A DNA stretch of 64,000 nucleotides from Mytilus californianus (taxonomy: Eukaryota). Made by a program: the position numbers and the translations under genes. Positions 24,340 through 37,614 of this stretch are shown piece after piece. Location of the stretch: NCBI RefSeq assembly GCF_021869535.1, contig NW_026262745.1, positions 10,726,001 to 10,790,000 of the forward strand. Reading direction: 5' to 3'. The notes under the pieces are model-generated. The model made no database searches. It worked only from the letters and a program-made list of their open reading frames with translations, and was not told where the DNA came from. Position 1 is the stretch's first letter. Each line of letters opens with the position of its first letter.

Positions 24340-26587
24340 CTGAAATGTATATAACCATTTTATTAACAATTTTTCATATCTAATTTCTTGGAAAATCAAC
24401 TTTGTACACTTCAATTTGTAGATTTTATCATACAACACAATGAAAGAAATTATTTCCTTATCAAAAAGTAAACACTCTTTCTTGACTTATGCATCATGTT
24501 ACAGTTACTTAACTTACTTTCTCAAATTAAATTATCCTAATTCTATATTCACCCATATTTCTCACTTGAATGAATCCATAATTTTTGTACAACACTTCCT
24601 AATGTATGCTTTAGTTAGCATGTCTTTTGATGTTTATCTATGTAGACAATGTCTTTTTCAGATCTTCTTGTCTACAGCCTTTTTATGTGTCTTTTTTATT
24701 AATAACAGCCAATAAAACAATGTGCACTATTAGAATGTTCAAAGTATAAAATATCTCTTTCCTTCCCTGTCAAGTCTGGTAGCTACACAAGATACGCTGC
24801 TGCAATAACAACAGACTTAATTATACTGATAACCTTTAGTTGAGCTGTTATCATCCTTTGTTTGAACTGACATCACATGAATTTTATACTTCCATATGAC
24901 CATATCAGTTCTTTAAAGGAACCGCCTGCATGTGCATGACCATATTTGGAAATATAAAAACACACCACCAGCTGCTTCTTCAGATGAAATTGATTTCATA
25001 TTCAGCCAATTTTTCACATGAAGAGATTATCATACACAAAATTAAAAGTTGTTTTTCATATTTAATGACCCTATGTAAGAAGTATCTTTCCAGATATCAA
25101 ACGTAAAATGAATTGGTCTTTTTTCAAAGTCAAGGACTCCCATGTATGAAGTTTTATTCCTGATATCAAGTTCAAACTAATATAAAGTTTTGTTGTGAAT
25201 TATTCATATGTTGGTATCTGCTGCATTAATTTTCTCCTTATGTTGTAAAGTAAATTTATAGCATTGGTTGAAGAGTCTATCAAGTTTCCATCAATGCCCA
25301 ACACAATGCTTTTTACTTTTATTGGCAGTGTTATCTTAGAATTTACTTTTATTGGCAGTGTAATCTTAGAATATCTTGTTAAAAATTGTGCATTATAATT
25401 TTAATGAATACAACATTTCTGCATGGCTAAAATTGATTGCTTTTGATGTTGTTATACATACAAAAGGTTCCGAACATTGTCTTGTGAATCAAGTTTTAAA
25501 ATCAATTTTATTATCAAAATTTCCCATATACTGCAAAATTTATGCAGATAAATAATGTATCATTTTTACGAGGAAACCACAAAGTACAGTTAACACTTAA
25601 GTTTACAAAAGTGGAATAGATAAACACATAAAATTATGTTGAAAAATAAAGTTTGAAGAGTTTTTATATTTTCAAACTGAAGATACTGAATTTAATTATA
25701 ATATAATTTTAAATTGCACCTTATTAGTCATAAACCTAAATAAATGGAATGTTACATTCAAAAACATGTCTCTCTCTGACTGATCGATAATGGCTGATCT
25801 ATGCCAATTTTGTTTGTTAACATTATAAATCCAACACCTTTTCATTATCAAACCAATTAAAATCAATAGATCATATTAACCTCTTCAGATTTTAAACTTT
25901 TATGAACTTAATTTACAAATTTTCTTATGACAATCTGATAATAGACTTAGCAATGCATTGTGGGAAGTACAAAGCCAGCTTCTGATTAATCGACATTCCT
26001 TGATAAACTGCTGAATCGTGATTTGTTTGGAAAAAATTACCAAAATATTTATATTACTTTAATGCTGTGTACACAAACTATGAAAAAGTATTCTGTATTT
26101 GTTTTCAGTATAATAAACTTGTCCGATACACCATGAAACAGGATTTTACAGTTCTAAATGATTTTAAAGTTGCATGTATGAATAATTCTGGGAAAGAATT
26201 TGTGTTTTCATAAACTTTAATGTTAACATATACTGAAATGAATACTCAATAACACCCTAACTACAACCAAGTGGAATGTTGCTAAATTTTTTCAATTGGC
26301 TACTGAATACTTTTCATTTATTTATTTCTTATGCCCTTTTTAGTTACATTGTTTCCCATGTATATATATATAAATCTTTAGCTAAATCCTAACTTGTCAC
26401 TCTGTATGACCTTTCTAGAAAAGGGTTTCAAAGGACAAAAGTTTGGCTTAATGTCTGTTTCTCTATAATGAACAAGCAATTTCTGTTGTAAACGAATCAA
26501 GTCAGTACAGTAGATGTTTTTTTGCTATCAATATTGTCACAAATGACCATGTATTTTTAGTCTGGATACAATGTTTGAGACTTATTA

Positions 26588-27496
26588 AGACAAGAGTGCA
26601 CACGCTGAAATGTCTCGCCTGTTTTACTGACCATTGATTTTTATGTTGAAAGTCTTAAAGAAAAAGTTTTACTACAAGTTTCACATAAACTTAACATTTT
26701 TAAAGATCCCTGACAATGAGGTCAAGGTCAGATAAAAACTGTCACACAGACATGTACACCTTACAATTATTCCATACACCAAATATAGTTGACCCATTGC
26801 TTATGGTAATTGAAAAACAGACCAAAACACAAAAACTTAATGTTAACCAATGAACCATGGAAAATGAGGTCAAGGTCAGATGATACTGGCTAGACAGACA
26901 TTGTACACATTCCATAAACCAAATATAGTTGACCTATTGCTTATAGTACTTGAAAAACAGACCAAAACACGAAAAATTAACAGTGACCAATGAACCATGA
27001 AAATGAGGTCAAGGTCAGATGAAACCTGCCAGTCTGAAATGTACCCCTTACAATCATTCCATACACCACATATAGCTGACCTGCTGCTTGTAGTATATGA
27101 GAAACGGACATAATCACGTTACTTTAACCTTGATCACTGATCCATACATTGAGGTCGAGGTCAGGTTAACCCTGTCTTACAGACATGAAGACGTTGCAAG
27201 AAACCCATATACCAAATATAGTTATCTTATTACTCATAATAAGTGAGAAATTCACATGACAAAAAAACTGTAATTTTTTTTCAAGCAGTCACTGAACCAT
27301 GAAAATGAGGTCAAGGACAATGGGCATATGACAGATGGAAACTTTGTAACATAAGGTATCTGCATACAAGGTATGAAGCATCAAGGGGTTCTACCTTCTG
27401 AAAGATAAAGCTTTATACAAATAGTTAACTCCGCCGCTGGATAGTATAATAACTATGTCTCGCATACTGAGACTTTCATCACAGGCGAGACAAAAA
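26588..27496. mobile_element. HINE family A copy 3, apparently complete
   Basis: Subterminal tgtctcgcct at 26611 with inverted caggcgagaca at 27482 and an internal tgtctcgc at 27456. Five ~140-155 bp monomers. Confidence 0.8.
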
Positions 27497-30400
27497 TTAG
27501 AAAATTAGTAAAGCAGTAATTTTTATCATTTTTATGCAGATCTGTCCCCCCTGATTTTTAGTCAAGGTTTTAACAGTTTATTTCAAATCATAATTTGATT
27601 TACGTGAGTGTATCTTGATGTTTTTAATTTTGTCATATAATTATATGTCTGTACCCATTTTCTATCATGTCACAACATTATCTTGATTTCTAAATAAAAT
27701 TATACCTATTCCTAAAGAAAAATACATACCACTTATAAATTCAGGTAACAAATCAGTATACATGTAAATCGTATTAGATATAAATTTCCTTAAAATCACT
27801 AGATACAAAACAATTCACCCATCTAACATAGATTTACAGTTATATAAAATGGGAACTCTACCTTTTAATGTCAAGGAAACACCTTTGATGTCCCTAAAAA
27901 TCACCATATTTAAAAAGTTGTTTATTTCACTGATATACGAACCACTGAATTTACAACAAGGTATGGTTTGGATTATAACAAAATAAATTGGTCCAATCTC
28001 GGTGAGAAATGAACCTTTGGTAATATGACATAATGCTAAAAACCCAAGCGAACTAACGAAATCAATTTACATTGAATTTCAATTTCCTTTTACACATTCC
28101 GAAATCAATGAACCTAAGACATGACAGAAAATATGCTGACATATTAGACAGATACAAGTGCACTTTTTTGTCAACAGCTGCATATAAGAGTTACCTAACC
28201 CATTCAATATATCATAGGCGTGTCAAGAACTGATGTAACAGTCTGAAATTTGCATTCCATTCTTAAAAAAATATGATGGCTTATAGTTTATCTTAGTAAT
28301 ATTATGATTAAATAATGGTTAGAAGAATATTTTACTTTTACATGAAAGTTATGTTGGAACAAAGAGCAAATCCTTTACAAAATTCAAGATTGCATAAAAA
28401 AGGGTCTTACAGATGTTTATGTATTTTATGTGGGATAAACAAAATGATTAGGACAAATTCCAGATATTTCTAAATACGACTACAGTATTAGTTCATTTTT
28501 CCTTATAGTGTTTGCATGGATACAAAAATAAAAAGATATATATAGGATAAATGTATTGATAAGATGAAATCCAAAAAAAATATAGACAAAACAAGATAAA
28601 ATGCTAACATCATTCATTCAGTCTTCTATGCATTGAAAGTAAAGTACACCATCAAAATGTATAAACTAATAAATTGAACCAAATTAAATTTTGAAGCAAA
28701 CCATATGATTTTAAACTAAGTGTATGTAAAACACAAGTTGCATATTTTGTCAAGCACCAAAACTCCAAACTAAAACCTTGAGATTATTTGTCTGCATACA
28801 TAAAATTGACACTTCTTGTGGTTTTGATGGTGTCAATCGCTAAACAGGTCCTTTAAAATTAATTGAAATTCATGTCACAGTTTCTCCATTATGTGCTTGA
28901 CAGAGGCAATCTACCCATTTTCAATTTCACAAATCTTTTAATTGGACAGCAATAACTGTACCCCTGTAACGAAGGAATGTGAAAATTGCAGCCTTGTAAA
29001 ATCATTCAAGCACGGCTAAAAATATTGCATAAGATATTAAACCATTTAAAAGATTTATTACATAATTTTTGGGAATAATTTATGATAAATACTTAATGAT
29101 TACAAACAAATACGAAATTCTTGGTTTTTCCAAAGTTTTTAAGACAAGATATTTCAAGGTTGACAGAGATGTATGTCTTACAGAATTCTACAGAATCGAG
29201 ACATGTTCCATAATACTAATGATCTGTTCGTCTTATATCAAAATGTCCCAAATTCAAAATAAAAAAGATGTGGTATGATTGCCAATGAGACGTTACTTTC
29301 CACAAGAGACCAAATGATGTAGAAGTTAACAAGTATAGGTTATTACTGTATGATCTTTAAAATGAAATTATAAAAAAAAAAGAAGATGTGGAATGATTGC
29401 CAATGAGACATTTTAAACATGAAACATTGCAATTAAAAAGTGTCCCAAGATTTTTACTAACCAGTAAACTACTTATTAATTTTGGTTGTAATTGTTTTTC
29501 TACTAAAAGGAACCCATAGCTGCATGTATTACCAGCAGTGATATTGTTATGAAGGCATCATGAAAAAAGTTATCCTCAAAAATAATATTTAAATCTTGAC
29601 TTACAAAATGCTTAAATTTAGCAGACCATATTTATCCTGGCTAAGACAGCTAATTATATACATTCTGTTTTCTTCAGAGATTGCCATAGATATGGATAAT
29701 AAATGAAAAAAAACATTTAATGATAATGATCATGCCATTTTTTAGTTTTAGCATTCTTGAAATTATAAGGACTACATGCAAACATGAAGTGAAAGTTGAT
29801 TTACTCAGATGTTAATGTCAGCTTCTTCCTGAAGACTAATGGACAAATAATGTTAAAATTAACATGACTATAACACAAAAGAAAATAAAACCTTGAAGCT
29901 AACTTAATTTCCTACTACAAGTGCACAAAATTAAAGGTTAAGTATCAAATAATAAAATGAAAAATGTCTTTTAACTCTTAGTTATTTCAGTTTACATGTA
30001 AAATAAATACTACCTTTGCTTTGTAAAATATATAACTCCCGGGCCAACTAGTTTTTATTATTGCTTCTTCAGTGCAACATGCATTTTTTGGGCTGACTAC
30101 AAATATGACAATCACATCAATCTAAGGATAGACAAACTATCTACAGCCTATAGGCAAGTCTCTCTACAAAAGTGCATCCAAGATGCAAACAGTACAAAGA
30201 GTGCATGGCCATCCTTTAATGTAGTTAATGCATGGCTGTAAAATTTATGTCCTGTTTGATTGAAAAAATTTAAATACCTAATAAATCATACACTTTTTGC
30301 ACTTCTAATTCTGCAATAATCTTTTAAATTATGCCAATAAGCAGTATTATAAAATCATCAATTTGTCTACCCAAAATCATGTATTTAAAGTTTCTAACCT

Positions 30401-30918
30401 GTATATAAGTACACCAAATGAATTAACAAACTAATCTCTTTCCAGACATAAACTGTGCATGGGCCAATATATATGCCAAAGGACTGCATAAATTTTCCAA
30501 GCAAAAAATTATTTTATGGTCCTGTTTCAGTTTCAGCCACTGTGCAAGGGCTATAAATATGTTATGGAGTATGAATATGAACATTGGGTCTTTAATAACA
30601 GTCTCTATTACTTGTGACATAACCAATTTATTTTATCAATGTTTAACAATGTGATTTTCTAAATAAACAGCTGTGCAATCCAAATTTGTTATGCAATTTC
30701 AATTTTAAGCATGCATGTGTTTGCTTTTTGAGAAATTTAATTTTGTCGATTAAGAATATAAAATGTTATGCTGAAACAGGAAGTGATTATTCCTTCTCTG
30801 TTATTTTTTCGATGGTACTTAATTATATGTATGTATTCGGTTTTTCCTTTTTTTGGTTTTTTGTCTTTTTGCTTTTAATTGTACGGTGAGAATGTAAAGG
30901 ATTATAAATATAACTTAC

Positions 30919-30964
30919 GTTAGTATTTCTTCTTCCAACTTCTTGCTGCAATGAGTGTTCACTT
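30919..30964 (-). CDS. LMO7: LMO7-like exon D, 46-nt small exon SEHSLQQEVGRRNTN
   Basis: atttcag acceptor, gtaagt donor, phase 2 to 0. It is the piece that joins exon C to exon E in frame, giving RRNTN-VAITIYWLG, the last CH helix. Confidence 0.85.
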
Positions 30965-33719
30965 CTGAAATGACAGAACAAAGGTTAAATTCAGTCTGGT
31001 TGGAGAAAGCATTTGTTTTCCCATTTGTTTGACCAAAGACCTAGTATGTCAACAAATCTTTGTACCACTCCATAGTAGTGTAGGAATTTGTACTAATGGT
31101 TTCGTTTATCTAACGGAGTCATTTAATACACGGTACATTTCAAAACCTTAACTCAGGTGACTTTCATTTTAAGTTCCGACCTTAATATGAAATTAATCCT
31201 TTGGATTTTCATCTCTTGACAAACAAATGGCATTAGGACTGACTTTTGTTGGTCAGAAATAATTAAATACAAAAATAATCCATGGATTAGGCTTGAACAA
31301 AGACCTGTACTTAAAGTCTATTGTCAGTTCAATATGCTGTCATTTTTATGAGCAAGATAAAACAAAATTCTCATTTTTATCGTTCTTTCACAATGAGGTG
31401 TCCACTTTGTAAAGTAAACTTGTGTTCATCCAAAAATTACTGACAAATTGAATATTTTGAAACTTTCTAACATTTTCAATTTTACCCATAATCTACACAA
31501 GATTTTGGATAGTATTAGATAAACTAGAAAGCAAGGCAAAGAGGAACACAACTGACAAATAAAACTTTGATTTGAGCTTTGAATATAAAACAAATGAAAC
31601 CATGCTTTAAGAACAGACATTATAGAGTCAAATGAGACAGCAACACATGTACAAATCATTAAGGTTAATTTTAGGTCAAAGCCATTTTCAGATTCCTACT
31701 CTATTTATATCAAAGATCTATTTAAGGAATACCAACAGAAACACCAAAAGATCTAAAAATGTCCACTTCATGATTGGCAGTACACGCAGCTTTCTGCAAG
31801 CCTCTAACTCAACACTGACTGCCTTAATAAAACTTCTATCATACATTGTCATAGTAATATAGTTAAAGTTGTCGAGTGACAATCTGAGATTGATTTTCTA
31901 AAACAGCTAACATATTGCTCTAATATTGCATTTTTTACATGAATGTATGAAGTGCAATGTTAAAGTATGGAATCCTTATAATAGCTAGTCACAATGTGCC
32001 CCAATTAGAACATCTTCTGTGAGTCATATAGACAAACTAGAAATATTGTGGTCAGCTTAATTACGAATGTGTCATTTTTACTATTTGAACAACACTACTG
32101 TGGTTAGCTATGCCTCAGTAATCTGTGTGGCTCATTAACATAACAGCTTTACGTAACAACTGACCACATACACAACAGATTATAAACCACAATTCAAACT
32201 TTACTCACATAAACAAATAAAGTAGAACAATCTTATGATTATTTAGATTATTATCAGACCAATCAGGAAGACCTTATTTGGGTTTTGCTGACCTATGACT
32301 AGCTAAAATTCTTTATCATTTATTTACAATGAAATCATTGCAAAATGTTTCATCACCTCAGAAGGTTAAATACATGTATCTGCATGCCGAAATACTTTGT
32401 CATTTAATTAGACTGTTGTAAAAATAAGACCTTCCTTTTGTTTGAACATTAGATTAAATGCATATTATTAATTATTAATGCATGTACTTAATTTCCATAA
32501 TTTTCACTTCACAACATCAATCACACTGATCAAAACATTTTTATTCCACCACAAGTTCAATCTTTGCATATTCTTTTCAATTTCTGTTCGATGACAACTC
32601 AGTTAGATTTAGGCGTCACAGACAATTAAGTGTTTTATCCCCAGCAATGAATATGCAATTACAATTTATACATTTATACAATTTGTCCCAAAAAACATTC
32701 AAAATAAAGTAATTTATATAATGCCCTTTACCTCTCGAAGTGAATTAAACTTTTAGATCCAAAATTTAAAAAAATCGATATAATCAGAAAAATTTTTACT
32801 ACTTGAACTCTTACAGAAGTACATTCCTCTTAATATTTCTTATCTTACAATGTCAATTTGTACAACAAAACATCACTGTCACATTCCTATCCTGTCCATG
32901 TTATAATTTACCTAGCAGGTAGAGTGGCCAAGCCAATTAATGACCACTTCTAGTCTTTTTTCACCTTTCAGTGTCCAGCTGGTATTAATGGTCAAGGTAA
33001 TGGTCAGTTATATTTGGTTTCAAGTAAAACAAAAATATAGACTTTTTTAATACCAATGTGTCTATATTATAACATTGTTGACATATTTTGACCACAGACT
33101 GCCATTAACTATCAGTATCTGATAATTAAGAAATAAATTAATTAGTAAATTATTATAATAAGTATAAAAGTGTTGTTGACAAATCAGTTTCACATATATC
33201 ATGTGACATTAGCAGACTAATTAATGAAACTGATGAATGAGTGTCAAGTTTGAATCACTTATTTTTTGCCGTAATGTGTCTAAAAGACATTTTTTTTTCA
33301 CCTTGACCACAATAATTCATAACTTTTTTTCTTTCTAAAGACAACAACCTGTTGTTTTTTCTTTAGATGTATGTTAAACAAATGACTTTCCTTCAGATGT
33401 ATAATTAAACAAATGACAACTTAGTCATTCTTCTTCTTTTTTCTTTCTGCCTTGTTATAAAAAAAAGTCAAATTTACTAAAATAAAATGTCACTAATAAA
33501 TTAAAGTGACGTTAATTTGTAACAAGATAATCATGATAACATAACTTCAATCTATAATCATAACACCATAGAAGACAATTCACTGAAACCTTATACAGTA
33601 CAAGTGCTATGTTGACTTATTGGGAGATCTCTATCTGAAAAGTTTGCTTTTTAATTTTCTCTCAACCTGAGTATTACAGTTTTCAAAATTAAAGCAAAAA
33701 AAAAAACAAAAACAGTTTT

Positions 33720-33962
33720 AAAATGGTCATTTTAGGGCAACACTCTAGTTCTCAAGATTTTAGTGATAACTAAATGCATTTGACCCCTAAGTTCAATCTT
33801 CAGTATTGGGTATTATGTTGGTTGACAGAAGGAATCATCAAATATATTTTTTAAACTAAATACCCCAATGGTGATTGTGACCAAGTTTGGTTCTGACAAC
33901 AGATGATAGAGCCCAAGTGATGGCAATAGCTAAGACTACCCTTTGGGCCAGGTGCGCAAAAC
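33720..33962. mobile_element. Degenerate HINE terminal fragment
   Basis: Ends caagtgatggcaatagctaagactaccctttgggccaggtgcgcaaaa, a decayed form of the ggtgagctaaaa terminus. Confidence 0.45.
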
Positions 33963-36107
33963 ATTTATTTTTAAATTGTTTCAAAATATTAAGTAGCCCA
34001 TATTTAAAAGAATGTCATTGGTACTTAAAACTGTTATGATTGATACACCTCAATTAAACACAGTAAAGGTTTAGAAGTGATCCTATCCTTACATTATTTT
34101 TCAATGTATTCAATATCTTTAGACATTGAAACTTCAATAATCTGGATTTAAAAGTTATTTACTGAACATTTTCCGACATGCTCTACATGGTCAAATTTTA
34201 AAAACACATCTCACCTATAAGAACAGCTTATCATAACAAATAACCACCTGTTTAATCATAGGTTAATCTGCAGGCTATTGATGAAATCGGTAAAAAATTA
34301 AGTCTACAAGTTCTGACAAATGTACCTGTCCAAGACATACAATATATAAGGTTGATTTTATGTATTGATAGGTTTTAATATCATGTTTTGGTGTGACCTT
34401 ATATAGTTTTATCCTCAGACATAGATCTATAGATAAAGAATCAATATTGGATAGGGTTATTATGCAAGCCCACATCAATTGATCAATACAGGTAACATTC
34501 CAAAGATTTTTAGAGGCCCTTAGGGGATAATTTTTTGAATTTAATAAAGATGTCATCAAATTATTTACATACAGTGCAAAATCTTCTATAAACTTCCTCT
34601 TTTAGTAAAACCCAAATGCAGTATATACTTATACATGCTTGTATCGCCAATGAACTTTCAATAATAAGTTGAAACTTTAATAACTCTAAGCCCCTCCCAC
34701 TTTCCTTGTTAATAATTTCTTCTGTAATAATTCCATTTACAAATATAGAAATGGCAACAATATATGGAGAATTCAATATCTATGTTTTAATGACATCGTT
34801 TTCCTTACAGTAAAAAGCAATCACAGCAAAACTCACAAAAGAATCAGTGAACCTGTAATTTTTTATTTCACTTACTGATAATAGTTAGATAACTCTACCC
34901 TTACCTGACAAAAGAGAGGTCCTGCCCACATTGAAAATCACTGATCACACCTATCAACACCCGATTACCAAATAAAGCGTTACCTGCCGAAAAACTATAA
35001 TTAAATTTTTCCACACCTGACAACTCTACACTGGCAAAGTAATTAACAAAACTCAGGTATTGTCAATTCTTTCCATGTTTACTGAACAGGTAAAATATAT
35101 GAACAGACATACATTTCTGTTGTTAAAATCCAAAATCAAAATAATTTTTACCGTTACCCTACCTATGTGTTAATTGCTATACCTGTAAACACAGGAAATG
35201 ACATCACATGTGGATAATATGTAGATATATGTATACTTACCTTTGATAAGCATGTTTTACACTTCAATCAATGCATGTGATACAGTAATATTGATCTCCA
35301 GGTAAAAACACATTCTACATTTTCAGACAGAGTTTGTTCAAATGTAAAATTCATAACATAATTGGCTTAGAAACTCAGTAATGTGTTCAATTAAAGACAT
35401 AAATCTCACTGGACTGAAAAGAAAGCTGTAAAAGTCTTAAAACATGCAAGTTACAAACAGCAATTTATCCATACAAACATCTTGACAAGGTTATAATTCA
35501 ATTACATCACTTTTAAATGGATTCATCTAAATATTACATAATGGCTGTTTCAATAAATATTGCAAAAGATTTCAAAATCTAATACTAATGAAATATTTGA
35601 GTTTTTGGTGTCCAAGGATTACTTTTTCATGTATCACACACTTGAAAACAGCACGGTGAATTAATTTATTTGCATTTATTGTATAATTGGAAGAGTTAAC
35701 ATGAAGACGAGTTAGTATTTAACTGTAAAGTTCCATAAAGTCGTTTCAAGGAGTGTCGGAATCATACAAAATTTTCTTTTTTCATCTGTAAAGTTTTTAA
35801 ATGTTATCACTTAAAGTCCACTAAAATATGCCTTATATCAGAGGAATCTGATGTCTTTTCAAAGAATGAGGGGTAACGTGCAATATCCTTGTCCATCCAT
35901 CAGTTTGTCTGTCCATTTGTAAGTCCCTACCTTTCATTACATACTACTCATGCAGCTTGACCTAGTATTAAGAAATGATTTGATAATATGTCATACTTTA
36001 TTATGTTGAGTTTTCAGATCTGCCAGGCAGTCACTTCCTGTTTGACCAGCGATACTTATTTTTTTACACACACTGTGCATGGACTTTTGGTCATATATAT
36101 ATAAACA

Positions 36108-36534
36108 CTAGAACACACCCGAGATTCTGTGACTGAATTAAAGTACCTACGCCTTATTTTTAGCCTTGATTTTTAGTATTCTTTTTGTCATTTGATAAAG
36201 TCATGCTGATTATAAGGTGCACTATTTTCTCTGCTTTCAAAATCTTCCTGTTTGAACCCGTCCTGGTTTTCTCACTACAATATAGTAGTGGTACTCCAGA
36301 TAGTGGAGGGAAGAATAAAGAAGAACTACAACCTTGAACTACATGTGACATTTACTATTGGTATCGGTATCGGATTAGACCCGGAACTTGTTAATTATTG
36401 GTAATATTAATTGTGTGGAAAACAAAAGGGTCTGGAATGGTATAATTTTTTAATCAACACCATTGTCCTATATTAGTTATATATAAAGTTGAATCTTTAA
36501 TTCAGCGTTTTTACGTTATGCCGGCGAACAAATG
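36108..36534 (-). mobile_element. Non-autonomous Helitron-like repeat fragment
   Basis: CTAG 3' end at 36108-36111 beside a degraded hairpin. The body resembles a common mussel repeat as I remember it; single copy here. Confidence 0.5.
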
Positions 36535-37614
36535 AGAAGTGGAATTCCTATACCTGTTTGGTTGCAAAGTGTTTTCATGTTCTTATCACATATACATTAC
36601 AAATGTTTTATATGCAATAGAAAAATATACCTGCAATACTTTTATGTGATACTCAATGCAACCAACCTCAGCTCATAAACATAAATTATTACCAAAGTGA
36701 GGTTACTATTCTTTTTTTTCATTTCTTATTCTTTCTTTAAAATATACCTTAGTTCAGTTCAAGGCTTACAGATTTAAAAGTTGTTTATTCTAAAATTGTT
36801 ACAGAAAAAATTGCTTTCCGAAGGACTTATTTTGTGTACTAAGTCTTATTGTAAATGTCAACACAAACAAGTCATGAAGGTACAACCTTATAGTAAATGG
36901 GTTTTAACTCGCATTATAAAGTTTTAGTACATTTTTATGACCTAATCTGATTTAAGAATCTCATTAACGGACCATTACATTTTTAAAGGTGCGTAACTTT
37001 TACTATCAAATTGGTAATAATTTTTACTGATGTCAATTAATTTCAATAACGTTTATTATTTAGATATACAAGATAAATGTAATTTGAAATTCCAGCATTG
37101 TCACAGGAATCCGATTATTGTCTGTGACCTTGATTTAAACTGTTTTCCCCCAAAATGACCTTATTTGGTAATTCATCTTAACTCGTATCAGTGAGAATTT
37201 AATAAAGTATGCACAGCATTCCAAAATACAACAATATAAAACCTCATTGATATTTCTTTTCATGACAATGAAGTCAAACTTGTATCTTCTTTCACTTTAA
37301 AAGGGTAAAAACATATTAGATCAGACATTTTTTGTGGTCTTAATGGGGGCATGTCCATGGATTGACTTCCCTCAGGTTAATGCAATATTTCCATGAAAAT
37401 TTGCAATAAAATCAAAATAACATTTATAATTTATGTGCAATCGGTGTTTTTTTTTTATATTGTATATTTTAGATGATTAATGGTTGATTTTTCAGCATTT
37501 TTTTACTATTTCAATGGTAATAAACAGCTGTTATCAATTAACCTATCACTTGGCTTATATTCTTTTAAGCAATTAAATGAAATCAGAAAGGCTATCCTTT
37601 AACAATTTGTCTAG

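Noticed and set aside
25200-25330. Minus-strand IVLGIDGNLIDSS resembling HAD motif I
   Set aside because: The first catalytic Asp and the Thr are absent, the frame is short, and it begins in a local 30-bp duplication. Likely chance.
36264-36382. Captured filler inside the Helitron-like element
   Set aside because: There is no second copy in the window for comparison, so it may belong to a longer subfamily.
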